A stretch of 64,000 bases of DNA. Origin: the human T2T-CHM13v2.0 reference genome, Homo sapiens. The DNA lies in assembly GCF_009914755.1 (NCBI RefSeq), contig NC_060938.1. The stretch is one strand, 5' to 3'. Shown here piece after piece: positions 33,336 to 47,583 of the stretch (the stretch's first letter is position 1; each line of letters starts with the position of its first letter). The translations under genes and the position numbers were made by a program. The notes under the pieces were generated by a model. The model saw only the letters and a program-made list of their open reading frames with translations. It had not been told where the DNA came from and did not search any database.

Positions 33336-33689
33336 TTTGTTACTATAAATGTATAACTACATTGTCTTAACTTCTCTTAAGTGTTCCAATACTTTGTATG
33401 AATGTGGAAAGATTTCTATATAGAAATCACCAGCCTAAATCAATTATGATTTTTATTTAGAATAACAAGACTGACTTGTTTAATCTAGATGTGAAATTCT
33501 CTTTAACAAAAGTCACAAATGTAAACAAATTCCTTCTTGACATAAAATATAAATAATATAGGTTTGATCTTCTTAAATGTTTATGTGCTTGAGTTTAAAT
33601 CACCTCAAACTTTGGGTTTGGGTTGATTTTCAGGTTTGTGGCCTCAAGGGAGGCGTGTTCCCATCACGGAGCACATGGGTGGGGGCTGA

Positions 33690-34020
33690 GCCTGCCATCT
33701 GATCATTAGGCTTCTCATGGTTACTCCTGAATATCAGGGAGAATTAAAGTTGCTGCTTTGCTGCAAAAGCTAGTAGATTCTCTGGAGTGCCTCTCGGTAC
33801 TGCCACATCCAGTGGCCAAAGTTAGAAAAGACTATCATCCCTAGAAAACAGACACCTCAGGAATGAAGGTTGAGGCCATGTCCCCAGGCAAAGAAGTCTG
33901 GCCCACTGAGCAACTGGCTGGGAGCAAAGACTACATGGAATGGGTAGTAGAGGAAGGAAGTTATGAAAACCAACTTTGAGTTGAGACCAATAGCAAAAAT
34001 GAGGACTGTGGTAGCTACTT
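33690..34020 (+). mobile_element. ERVL internal 3' fragment
   Basis: caggaatgaaggtt..ccaggcaaagaa..atggaatgggtagtagaggaagg motif of ERVL internal regions. Confidence 0.55.
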
Positions 34021-34098
34021 ATATACCTCTATTTATATAGGTATATGGGTATCTATCTACCTATCAATCAAGTATCTCTATACATAGGAGTAGCTCTC

Positions 34099-34120
34099 TG
34101 TGTGTGTGTGTATATATATC

Positions 34121-34200
<80 letters not shown>
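34099..34200. repeat. Compound microsatellite (TG)n(TA)n-poly(T)
   Basis: Read directly. Confidence 0.97.
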
Positions 34201-34516
<316 letters not shown>

Positions 34517-35441
34517 TAACTACTTTCCTTTTTATTCCTTTTCCCTGGCCCCTAATATTTTATACAGTGGTTTTTGGTCATGATTTACTTGAATTTAGCC
34601 CATAGGTTGTGGGACATCAAGACTGGGTTGTGACTGGGTTAAAGAAAACAAATAAACATTACCTAGAGATAGATACGATATTGGTCTCCCTGCGGGGAGA
34701 AGCCAAGTGCACTGGAATGTTACTGAGGATCTGTTGTTATTGCTGTTACCTGGAAGCTTAAATTTAGGAAAAAGAGTGTATATGAACTCTTAGCCAAATA
34801 TGTGGTCTGCAGTGGACAAGGTGGATTAGTGCTCAACAGCCATTCTGACATATTTGGTGTGTCTTCCACTACTGCAGAGGTGGAACACCACACACTCCCT
34901 TTCACACTTCTTTGAAGCAAGGTTCTGAATATAATTTAGGTTCTCACGATGCGCCAGCTTGGTTCCAGCTTCACTTCTGCTGCTTTTGCTATTTCTACTG
35001 GCAAGCTTGGTAGAGGAGTCATTGAGTGTTTCTTCAATAGAGTTAACAAATGTCCCAGTGTGCAGTCACTAGCCTTGCAAGTATCCAAAGAGGTCACGGG
35101 GCATCCATTTCACTGGTGTAGATTTCATGAGGGTGCCGTGACTCTACTGCTGGCAGCTGTAGGATCACAGGGCCTCCCTAATGGTAGTGGTTTCCTAATG
35201 GTGGTGGGTTTCTGATCATGACTGTGGCAGTGTGGCTCCCAAGCCAGAAATTGTAGTGGCAGCTTCATAATGTGGCAGGCAGTTTCCTGTTACACAAAGG
35301 CCCTGATCTGGTTCCATGCGGTGGTTTGGACAGTCATATTCAAAGTTCAACCTACAAGGGTTTCCTCAACCCTAAAAACAAGCCAGAAAGCCATTTATCA
35401 TCCTATAACAAATTTCCTTCTGCTTAAACTCCCTAGAGTAG

Positions 35442-35795
35442 TGATATGGTTTGGCTGTGTCCTCACCCAAATCTTATCTTGACTTGTAGCTCCCACAGTG
35501 GGATGGACCTAGTGGGAGGTAATTGAATCATGGGGGCGGGTCTTTCCCATGCTGTTCTCCTGATAGTGAATAAGTCTCACGAGATCTGATGGTTTTATAA
35601 GGGGGAGTTTCCCTGCACACGCTCTCTTCGTTGCTTGCTGCCATCCATGTAGGACGTGACTTGCTCCTTCTTGCCTTCCACCATGATTGTGAGGCCTCTC
35701 CAGTCATGTGGAACTGTGAGCCCATAAAACCTTTTCCTGTATAAATTACCCAGTCTTGGTATGTCTTTATTAGCAGCATGAAAATAAACTAAAAC
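35442..35795 (+). mobile_element. THE1 solo LTR
   Basis: TGATATGGTTTGGCTGTGTCC...agcagcatgaaaataaactaa. Confidence 0.92.
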
Positions 35796-36289
35796 GACTA
35801 GATTCTGACCTCTGCCAGGAAACCTCAATTCATTAAAAAGATCTTCCCACCTAGGTCTAAGTCTTTTGAATTCATCAGAATTCTCCCTTTTAAAATATTT
35901 TTCCTATATGGCAGGTTCACAGTCTTACATGTATTTAAACATCTTATCTCTCATGGCTTTGACTATGTCATGACTAGTTTTATGAACATTATTCTACTGT
36001 CAGCTCTGATTATTTTTCATTCCACTTTATCATCTTAGGTGCCTAATGACCCATGCTGTGCATGAGCTTCCCGGGATACCCGTGGACACTTCCTTCTAGC
36101 TGCTGGCCTGTGCTCTGAACTGTTCCCTTCTCCTTGCATCCCTCTCCTCCTTGGTCAGAATCCTGATCCTCTGTGGACAGTTTAATCTAATAAACGAATT
36201 CAGGCTGAGGTAAGTGGGGGACCATGAATATAATGTTCTAATATTGATAATGATAATAATCACAGCCACTGTTGGTATTTTTTGTTGAC

Positions 36290-36500
36290 TGTGTGCCACG
36301 TACTTTTCAAGAATTATCTCATTTACCTCTTAAAAATACCCAAACTTAACGAGTTAAGTCCTATTATCCCCACTTTACAGATGGGGAGCCTGGGGCCTAG
36401 AGAGGTTAAAAAAACATGATCAAAGTCTCAAAGCTAGTGTTAGAAGCAGGACTCGAATCCTTGGTTAAGTCCAGAGTCTGTTCTCTTAACTACCGCACAC
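36290..36500 (-). mobile_element. MIR
   Basis: ccccactttacagatgggg..ctagagaggttaa core. Confidence 0.7.
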
Positions 36501-37406
36501 TATTTCCTCTTCAAATGCAAAGGAGTGCTTTGAGAATTTTAGGTGGCCTTGCAACTTGATGGGAAAAAATTATTTTAGGATTTCAGGATGATGGAGTCTT
36601 CTACCAACACAAGCATTTGTATTTTACTGAGATCAGGAGAGCTAAATATAAGACAGTAGGAGCTAAACGAGAAGATTCCATATTTTGTGGGAACACAACC
36701 ATTTCTGTGGTAACAAGATAAGCATTTGGGCTTATTTCATTGTATATAAGGAATGAAACTGGGAAACATAAATATTTAAAGAAGGATAAAGGCATATAGG
36801 TAAATGAGCAAAAGTAGAGAGATCTGGGAAAACAGAGAAAGGTTAGTTTATTCTTATTATAAAAATATTTCATTAAAGAGTCCATATTATGATAAGCTTC
36901 TAAAAGATTAAAGTGGTATAGATAAAGCAGTAAATCGAGTTTAATGCAGGATTAGATAAGAGGCTGGTAGTCTGTAATAACGATAAGATGCTTAAAGCTT
37001 AAGGTCACTGATTATTTGAAAAAGAGGAAAAGGTGAGCATGCAAAATGGATCTCGTGTTTGATAAATATTAGGTTCCCGAGGTAACAATAACCATAAATG
37101 ATAAGGCAGAAACTTTGTGATCCTGGCAACTAACTGGAATGGCTGTATGGAGATCATTTCCACGTTAGGAAATTATGTGGAAAATCTAGTGAGGTTGTCA
37201 ACATTCCAATATTATTAATAAAGTAGGGCATGCATAAATCATATGGGCTTCTCTGGTGTCTATTTAACACTGCCAAGTGGTCAATGAAGTATAGGGAGTG
37301 AAGGTTGGGCTAACTCATGTGTGTAACTAAACCTCTGTCTAGAGAGACCAACCAGTTAAACAGCTGATCTGGGCAATTCTATCTGCAGACACTTATGGAC
37401 CCTTAC

Positions 37407-37453
37407 CAATATTCTGTGGCCAAGTTGTTCTGGGCTCAGTCTGATAATAACCT
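37407..37453 (-). other. Candidate exon (47 nt)
   Basis: gttctttccacag| acceptor and TTG|gtaagg donor. Confidence 0.4.
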
Positions 37454-37572
37454 CTGTGGAAAGAACTTTAGGATAATGAATGAATAATCAGAGGGGCTAT
37501 GAAAGTTTCCAAATAAAAATTCATGTATGCAAATGCCCTTATTTTATTGTAAAATTCACTTTTATTTTTGTT

Positions 37573-37875
37573 GCTATTATAACATTAAACAATTTTTTTT
37601 CAGACAGGGTCTTGCTCTGTTGCCCAGGTTGAAGTCTAGTGGGACAATCACAGCTCACTACAGCCTCAACTTCCTGGGCTCAACTGATTCTCCCACCTCA
37701 GCCTCCCAAGTAGCTGGGACTACAGGCATATGCCACCATACCCGGCTAATTTTTGTATTTTTTGTAGAGACGGGGTTTCACCATGTTGTCTAGGCTGCTC
37801 TCGAACCCCTTGGCTCAAGCAGTCTGCCTGCGTCAGCCTCCCAAAACGCTGAGATTACAGGTATGAGCCATTGGG
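37573..37875 (-). mobile_element. AluJ
   Basis: Full dimer. Confidence 0.9.
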
Positions 37876-38120
37876 CCCATACATTTGGTACATTTTAACT
37901 ACCAAATGTACAGCAAATTAATTTAATGATTTGCCCTTTGCACACAAAGTCATTAGGTATACACAGTTTCATCGTTTTTTTCCCTCCATAGTGCTAAACA
38001 TAAAACTATTCTGTTCAGACTTTTGGTTTAGCTTTCTGAATTTATCTTCTACCCTCCACCATGCAAATTAAAGGTTCTGTTTTGATACTGGGAAAAAATG
38101 ATCTAAGATTAAGAGGACAT

Positions 38121-38151
<31 letters not shown>

Positions 38152-38339
38152 ATAAATTAATTTTATATGATCACTTGTCCAAACACAATCACGTTTTCAA
38201 ACTAAAAAGTGTGTCAAAGTGGTTTTAGAAGAAATTAAATAGTCTGGCAAGATGAAGAATAAAAAAGTTCCAAGTGAATGATCCTTTGGAGTGGAAAAAG
38301 GTTAGCTGTGAATATGCTTTTGAAATATACTACAGAGGA

Positions 38340-38770
38340 TTCTCATCCCAAGATTATGGTCGTTCATGCCTCTAGGTTTAAGTGTTGCTCAATCAGCAAG
38401 GTGCTCAATTCACAGTGATTGCTGTGCATTTCCTTGTTGATCAAGAAAATGCAGAATCTCAGCGCAGACACATTTACCAGCACATTTACCATCAAAATGA
38501 ATATAAGAAATAAGATTTTGATTTAAATTTTCCAGTTGCAGCAGATCGAGAAAAATATGTGCAGGAGAGGATTCCATTTGAAAAGCTCTGATTCAAATAA
38601 GTCCAAAGAGAATGCATCTCTATGTACCTAATGTTGCCTTCGAATTAGACAGTAAGCTTTTCTCGCTCAGAGCCCTTGTCAATTTGATTAAACTCACAAA
38701 CATGTGACTGACTCCGCCTCTATTAAAAACACTCAAGCCAGAGAACGACTGAGAAGCGTGTGGCTTTGTC
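38340..38770. mobile_element. Possible ancient hAT element (MER119-like)
   Basis: Resemblance to a remembered consensus only. Confidence 0.35.
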
Positions 38771-38870
38771 TTTGTGAGTGGGTCTTTTGGCCAAGCGATC
38801 ATTACACTAGCTAAATGGGTGTACGGTTAAATTTAATACTCCACAACTGAATTCTCCAATCGCAGCTCAC

Positions 38871-39065
38871 TGCAAAAAGTGATTTAGAATAATGCAAATT
38901 TGAGTCCAGAATCTAGAACACCCTTCCAGGCACGGAGGTTTTCTGTTTAAATGGCCCTCGGGAAATAACACTGATTTTCAAAGTCGTTTTAAAAGGCAGC
39001 TTTTGGCAGCTGCTATCTTTTGCATATTCTCTTTCCGAGATTAAAGAACCTTCAGGTGACAACAC
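38871..39065 (-). other. Candidate exon (195 nt) just left of the CpG island
   Basis: ctgat-gtcccatccttttaccctag| acceptor and GCA|gtgagc donor; ATG at 39025 with -3A. Confidence 0.4.
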
Positions 39066-39387
39066 CTAGGGTAAAAGGATGGGACATCAGGCTGCAGACG
39101 TGCGTATGCGTGTGTGCACGCGCGTGCAGTCTTGACTAGGTGTGGAAAAAAGGTCCGAAGAGATTCCAAAATCAAAAAAATTCCCTTGGCCTACTCCGGC
39201 CCCGAAGACCAACTCAGACCCCACCAGACAAACTGGAAAGTCTCCAAGCTCTCAGTCGCCCCAGTCGGCGGGGGAGTGAGTGGGGCCGACCGGCCTTGCG
39301 GCCCTGCCACCTTTCGGGGCGACTCGGTTTCTCCACTGACACCCCCGGGCGCGAGGTCTGGTCCATCCCGGAGTGGGAGCTAGGCAG

Positions 39388-39406
39388 GGACGCCACCTGG
39401 CAGCCC
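39388..39406 (-). promoter_or_regulatory. CTCF-like motif
   Basis: Minus strand GGCTGCCAGGTGGCGTC resembles the CTCF core. Confidence 0.55.
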
Positions 39407-39466
39407 ACTCTGGGCCCCTGGCCCGCGTTTCCCGCAGGCGCCGGCGGCGTCGGGCGCGGCCGCCGC

Positions 39467-39480
39467 GCTGCCATGGCAAC
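39467..39480. promoter_or_regulatory. RFX X-box 1
   Basis: GCTGCCATGGCAAC, one mismatch from GTTGCCATGGCAAC. Confidence 0.8.
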
Positions 39481-39541
39481 GGCGGTCCGCCCCCCCCCGC
39501 TTCCCGGCGCCGGCGCGCCAGCGGGGCGGGGCGGGGCGGGC

Positions 39542-39554
39542 GTTGCTAGGAAAC
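39542..39554. promoter_or_regulatory. RFX X-box 2
   Basis: GTTGCTAGGAAAC, 13-bp X-box form. Confidence 0.75.
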
Positions 39555-41095
39555 CGGCGGCGGGCCGCCTCCGCGGCGCGGTCTCTCGGCTTCCACCCTT
39601 CACCTACTTCCCCTGCGGGGCCGGAGTGGGGGAGGGTCGGGGGAGGCCATCGGGAAGCCACGTGGTGGCCCGGGGCCTCGCGGCTCATTCTGCGTTGCGC
39701 CGTCCCTTCCAGGTCGAGTTGACGGCCTTTTCCCCCTTGGCGTACAAGTATTGAGTCCCGCGCCCTGGGAGGGAGACGGCGCTCAGCAAATTTAGATGAA
39801 TGCAACGCTTCAACGTGGGCTCTCGACCTCTGGTCCCCCATCCCCTGCCGGCTCTATTAGGACAATGAAGTCCCCAAACTCCACTGGAGGGTTCTTCACC
39901 CACTCTTCTTCCCCTCCAAAGGAACCATCTCTTGAACTTCACGAAATCCAGGAGCAATGCTAAGCGTTTTGTATACATCACCTCATTTTCAATCCTGTGA
40001 GGTGGGAGCTGGGAACTTCATTTTAACAGGAATAAAATGTGGCCTACAGCTGGTTGGGGTGGAGCCAGGACTTGAAGTCCAGTTGTGCTTATTAACTTCA
40101 AGTGTCTGCCTTTTTATAATGCTCAAGTTCGTCCTCTCAGCTGCCTCTTGGCTAGCCCAGCATCCCCCTTTGCTGTCCAAACACCCACACCAGCCAGGAC
40201 ACACTGTCTGGAACATGGTCTGACAAGGGGATTAAAAACTTGAAATCAAGGTTGTCCAAAAAATCTGGGGCATACGGTTTATGTTGATGTATCATTGATA
40301 ATTTACAGATGTCCCACTCTGTAATGTACTACCAGAATAACCACTTATGATCATCAAATTCTTAGGAAATGAAAATCCAAACCAAAGACAATTGACTCAT
40401 GGTAGGTACTCCATTCTGGGCTTTAACATTTTTTTTTTTTTCTTGTAAACCATAGCTGTTCACTAAGTGTTTTTTTTTTTTTTTTTTTTTCTTTATTTCC
40501 TTGTCACTGACTTGAAGCTCGAGAGTGTATTTTCTACTAGGGAACTGTCTTGGGTTGCCAAGGATTTGCGTGCAAGCAATTTATTAAGGAAGAGCTTCCA
40601 GGAGAAACTAGAAAGGGAAGCAGAATAGGAAAGAAGCAGCCAAGCAAGGGAGCAATTTAAGGTGAAGTTCCAGCCCCAGCAAGATCCCCAACTAGTTCTG
40701 GAGCATAAATTAGAATTTATCCCAACTTGAGGCAAGGGAGCTGGGGTTTTCATAACCCTGCACCAATTAGTCACTGGCTATAGTCTTTCCTGGAAAGGGT
40801 GGGGGGACAAAAATACCTAGCACTTCTGGTTCTGAGGTGAGTCTGGGTGAGTCTAGGCACTTAATTTAGACGCGTTAAGTGAGTCTAGGTGCTTAATACC
40901 TCTTCTGCAGTGAAGTGGCTCCTATAGATTAAGGGAAGGAAGTTCTCTGAAGGAAGGGGTATGAACCTTTAGGAGTAAACCACTTAGAAGCTGGGGCTAG
41001 GGGCAATGAACTGGAAAGGGGGATATGAAGGCATCTGGGCAGAGCACCAACAACACCCATGACAGTCCACCCCCTGCACCACTTAGATCCACATG

Positions 41096-41493
41096 TGCAT
41101 TAGTTCGTTCTCAGGCTGCTATAAAGAAATACCTGAGGCTGCAAAATTTACAGAGAAAAGAGGTTTAATTGGCTCATGGTTCTGCAGGCTGTACAGGAAG
41201 TATGGTGGCCTCTGCTTAGCTTCTGGGGAGATCTCAAGAAACCTTCAATCATGGTGGGAAGTGAAAGAGAAGCAGGTACATCCTACATGGCCAGGGCAGG
41301 ACCAAGGAAGAGAAGGGGAGATGCTACACACTTTTAAGCAACCAGATCTTGCCATAACTCACTCATGAGAACAGCACCAAAGGGGAAATCTATTCCCATA
41401 ATCCAGTTACCTCCCACCAGGCCCCCACCTCCAACACTGGGGATTACAAATCCACATGGGATTTGGGTGTGGACACAAATCCAAACGATATCA
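41096..41493 (-). mobile_element. MST solo LTR
   Basis: TSD acatg. Confidence 0.9.
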
Positions 41494-41607
41494 ACATGCT
41501 TCTCACGTCAGTTTCACTTCATCATGTCACAGCTTATTCAAAAAAGACAGACCATAGATAGCCCTTGCTGCTGCAGCTGGTCCTAAGACAATAACATATT
41601 CATCATC

Positions 41608-42320
<713 letters not shown>

Positions 42321-43175
42321 CTCAACTAGCCCTGCTGCCAGTGTAGGTGGCTTGCCCAATGAAGTGACCCAAAACGTCATCTTTGAGGGATCTAAATTCT
42401 GTACTACCATGTCTTTATTAGGTAATGGTTTTTGAGTGGAAAAATGTTCCTCCCTGTCCCATTATGTAGCAGCAGCCCTACTTCCTTATAATAGTGGTCA
42501 GTTACCCCTACCATTATATAACTGCTTTTTTTTCCCCCTTCATGGAGTCCAAAATAGGACAGTAGCTGTAGTTTTGTTTAGTGGGACTCTTCTTGTGTCC
42601 ACTGGTGCAAAGCATTTTCCTCCAGGAACTAGAACCTCTAGACCTAATGCTCTACAATTGTGAGGACAGGAAGCATACATTCCCCTAAGAAGTTCTCTGA
42701 GAGTGATGGTGAGCCAGGCTACTCCTATTTCCACCCTTTGCTTCCCAGACCCATGCACTCAACTCACTAGAGATGCAATATAGTATAATGGTTATTGGTT
42801 TAAGTCACATACTGCATCCTGAAGCATAATGCCCCAACCTCACACAGTATCATTTCTAAGTTTGTGCCTAGCTATGCCTTCAAAAAATGGTTATGATATT
42901 ATCAGGATAGATGTTTCTGAATGGTGTGATATGTTGTGGGACCAGTGGATCTCACAGTTATGTGACTACCAACATATTTCCTCTACCAAAAAGTGAGGAA
43001 AAAAATGCTTTGTGGATTCTCTTAGTAAATCAGACATTCTGAGTCCTATATTAGTAGATCTTGTCAAAGCACTGCAAGCAGGAAGGGCAAATCCATACAC
43101 AGAATTTGTACCAATCCCAGTCAGAACAAAATGATGTCCGTTCTTTCCAGGATGAAAGAAGTCCTACTTAATTAA

Positions 43176-43700
<525 letters not shown>

Positions 43701-43941
43701 TAGGGTAGCAGCTAAAGACTAGGGTATCAGCAGCTGGCTGATATCTTCTGGATTAGTCATCATGTCTTAATGCCTCTTCTGCAGTGAACGCTCTCTGGTA
43801 GGCATTAATGTGCGATGCAAGAATCTGCATCCCCTTTGTGCCCACTCCTATAGGTCTTCTTCCCCCAAAACTCCTTGCCCCCATTTTCTAATTGTGCACC
43901 TTCCAGACCCAAGACCAACCAGTGGAGTCATTTGCTACTGG

Positions 43942-44581
43942 TATATTAGTCCATTCTCACAGTGCTATAAAGAAATACCTGAGACTGGGTAATTTATAAA
44001 GTAAAGAGGCTTAATTGACTCACAGTTCCACAGGCTGTACAGAAGGCCTCAGGAAACTTACAATCATGGTGGAAGGGTGAATGGGATGCCAGCACGTCTT
44101 ACACGGTGGGAACAGGAGGAGGAGAGAGCAAAGTGGGAGGTGCTACACACTTTCAAACAACCAGATCTCATGAGAACTCTCACCATGAGGCAGCACTAGG
44201 GGGATGGTGTTAAACCATTAGAAACCCACTTCCGTGATCCAGTCACCTCCCACCAGGTCTCACCTCCAACCCTGGGGATCACAATTCAACATGAGATTTG
44301 TGTGGGGACACAGCCAAACCATATCAACTGGGAAGTCCAAGATCAGCCCCAAGGTGCTGGCAGATTCAGCACCTGAACCTGAGGGCTGCTTTATAGACAG
44401 CCATCTTCTCACTATTACCTCACATGTTGGAAAAGACTAGCTAGCTCTCTGGGGCTTCTTTTATAAGGGCACTAATCCTAGTCATGAAGCGGGAGCCCTC
44501 ATAACCTAAGCACCTCCCATCTTGGGACTAGGACGTCAACATATGAATTTTGCAGGGAACACAAACATTTAGTCTATAGCA
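43942..44581 (-). mobile_element. MST LTR (43942-44325) abutting an MLT1A-like fragment
   Basis: TSD actgg; ctgggaagtccaagatca..acaaacatttagtctatagca. Confidence 0.85.
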
Positions 44582-45169
44582 CCAAGCAAGGTTGTGAATT
44601 AAAGTGAAGTTCCAGCCTCAACCTGACCCCTTAGGAGATTTTGAGAATAAATTAACCAGGAGTTTGTCCTACCTGAAAGCAAGGGGGCTAGGCTTTTATA
44701 CTCCTGCACTAGTAAGGAGTATATATAGGCCACCATGGGGGTTTGCGAGTTCCCAGACATTTTTGGTTCTGGAAGCATCTGCGTGAAGAGGTTCCAGGGT
44801 ACCAAGAGGAGTCCTCTGAAGAGAACTGCAGATGTGAACTCTTGGGAGTAAAGCCTGTAGAAACTGGGGGATGGGTACACTGAACCAATTAGGGGGAAAC
44901 TTTTGGGGATCCTGACAGAGTACCACAACTATTGAAAAAGCTAAGATTAATATACAGCTAACTGACATAGAGCTCCTTGCAACTGACAAAATGGTAAACT
45001 AACCTGGGCTTCTGGCTTCCCCCTCCTCCCCAGAATCTATCTCTGAAGAAACCACTGGGGAGACATAAAGACAGTGGATCCCCATGTGTGGGTTGGTGAG
45101 GGCACAGTGCATGACAGCTCTGAGCATCAGAGAAACAGTTTCAATGGAAAGATTCTGAGTAGACCATTA

Positions 45170-45627
45170 CCTTTTGTGTCTGGGTTATAGAAGACTGTGA
45201 CTTCCATGTTGCTAGTAGACTCACTCTATTGTGTTGTTGGGTTGCATGCTTTGATATAGCGAGCAGCTTTACCAAAGCATGCAACTCCAGAACACAACGC
45301 TGCAGAGGCCCACATGGCAAGACGATGCAGGAGGCCTCCAGCCAACAGCCTGCAAGGAACTGTGCCCTTCAGCCCAATAACTCTTAGGAAACTGAAATCT
45401 GCCAACATGAGCTGGGAAGGGGAGGATCCTTTTCCGGGTGAGCCTTCAAATGACAACACAGCCCTGGTCAATAACTTGACTGTGGCCCATGAGAGACCCT
45501 GAAGCAGAGGATCTAACTAAATCATGCTCAGATCTGTGATCCACAGAAACTGTAAGATAATACTTGCATGTTGTTTTAAGCCACTAAGTTGTGGCAATTT
45601 GTTACACAGCAATAGACAGCGAATACA
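45170..45627 (+). mobile_element. MLT1 (E/F-like) LTR
   Basis: ttttaagccactaagttgtggcaatttgttacacagcaatag 3' end. Confidence 0.8.
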
Positions 45628-45913
45628 AGCTTTCTGCAGCTGGTCTTTAGGCTTGAGCATACCCACCCTGTGTATGGTTATCAGTGTACAGGTCTTAGCT
45701 ACCTGCTAGAATATAATGCCCAACTTTGGATCTCCCTGCAGCACCTAGGGTCTTGCCCTGCACATTGGAAGTACACAGTAAATGATTCCTTTAAAGGAAC
45801 TCCAGGCCTAAATACCAGGCATTTATAATAATAATAACAAGAAATGATTTACTTACTATCTGCCAGATCTTGTTCTAGGTCATTTAAAAATCTTAATTAA
45901 TTAATTAAAAAAA

Positions 45914-46197
45914 ATTTTTTTAAGATAGGGTCTTGCTCTTTTTAAAGGTAGGGCCAGGCTAGAGTGCACAATCATAGCGTACTACAACCTCAAACTCCTG
46001 GGCTCAAGTGATCTTCCTGCCCAACCTTCCTCGTAGCTAGGACTATAGGCATGTACCAAACACTGGGCTATATTTTTAATTTTTAATTGTTTTGTGGAGA
46101 TGGGTCTAGCTATATTTTCCAGGTTGGTTTCAAGCAATTCTCCTGCCTCAGCCTCCCAAAGTGCTGGGGTTACAGGCATAAGTCACTGCATCCAGCC
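45914..46197 (-). mobile_element. AluJo-like
   Basis: Diverged dimer. Confidence 0.85.
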
Positions 46198-46237
46198 AAA
46201 TTTTCATATTATTTAATCCTCATAGCCATCATATTAA

Positions 46238-46585
<348 letters not shown>

Positions 46586-47058
46586 TGAGAAACACGAGGT
46601 TTATAGCAAACAAAGAACTCGACAAAGTCTGACATTGAGACTGGCTGAGCTGGGACAGTCAGTCTGAAACCCGGACAACCCAGTTTCAGAGTCTGTGTTG
46701 CCTGTTAGAATTGAGAAGAGATGGAGATCAGAACCACATAAACATTGTCATTTTCTGAAGCACCATTAAAAATTCCAACTCCTCAGCCACCTGTCAGCTA
46801 TCAGAGGGCAGGATTGTACCTTGTTTGACATGAAATCACACCATTAATATTCAAAACACAGAAGTAGTAGGAGCCTTTAAAAATCGGTTGAATTAGTGAA
46901 GAATGAATGAATGAATGTGACGCCTTGAGTAGGATGTGGGGTGGAAAGAAAAGGGAACATATAGAATGTTCTATTTCTAGATATTACAGTAGCAGAATCA
47001 CATGGCTCATTCCCACATGTTTCTGTACAGTTGTTATCAATATTAGCTCTCCCAGTAG

Positions 47059-47135
47059 TTATCTGATAGCATGAGTCAGGAAATATGGTGCATTTTTCTT
47101 GATTTGAAATTGAGAGCAGAAATAATTCATAAGAG
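47059..47135 (+). CDS. Candidate coding exon A of an unrecognised gene (ATG at 47071)
   Basis: ctctcccagtag| acceptor, strong GAG|gtaagt donor; (LSDS)MSQEIWCIFLDLKLRAEIIHK+AG, ends phase 2. Confidence 0.3.
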
Positions 47136-47583
47136 GTAAGTGAAGTGGAAGGCAGTTATTGTCCCTAACAAATGTGTCTATTTCTTACTGGTGTATGTAC
47201 ATGTGCACACACCGAGAGTCCTGGATAGATCTAATTCTGCATTCATACTAGTCTATTGCCTGCAGGGATAAGTGAGGTTATGTAATGGGCTGGTTCAAAG
47301 AATGTGCTTGCTTATATATGCAAATATCTGTCTAAATTGCTTAAAACAACAAGTTTCTTAACACTCTAAACTGGGGGAATTTGGTTTGAAATGTTTAGAC
47401 ATTACCCCTCATTAGGCCTGCCTACTACAAATATATGAAATGAAAAATGGCTCCTTTCAATGCCAAGTTCCTTAGCCACATGATAGTTTTAGAGTAAAGG
47501 AAGAAGTTGAAGTCTTTTCTTATATTTCATTCATATTTTAAGTACTTGAGTCAGGATAATAATTGTATTCATTAACAATTTTT

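Larger units (their letters stand above)
39100..39800. promoter_or_regulatory. CpG-island promoter
   Basis: Very GC- and CpG-dense, not repeat-derived; NotI site at 39456; GC boxes 39523-39540; E-box CACGTG 39659-39664. Confidence 0.92.

Noticed and set aside
39140-39841. Overlapping 204-, 153- and 129-aa ORFs
   Set aside because: Expected in a stop-poor GC-rich island; non-ATG starts and no recognisable domain
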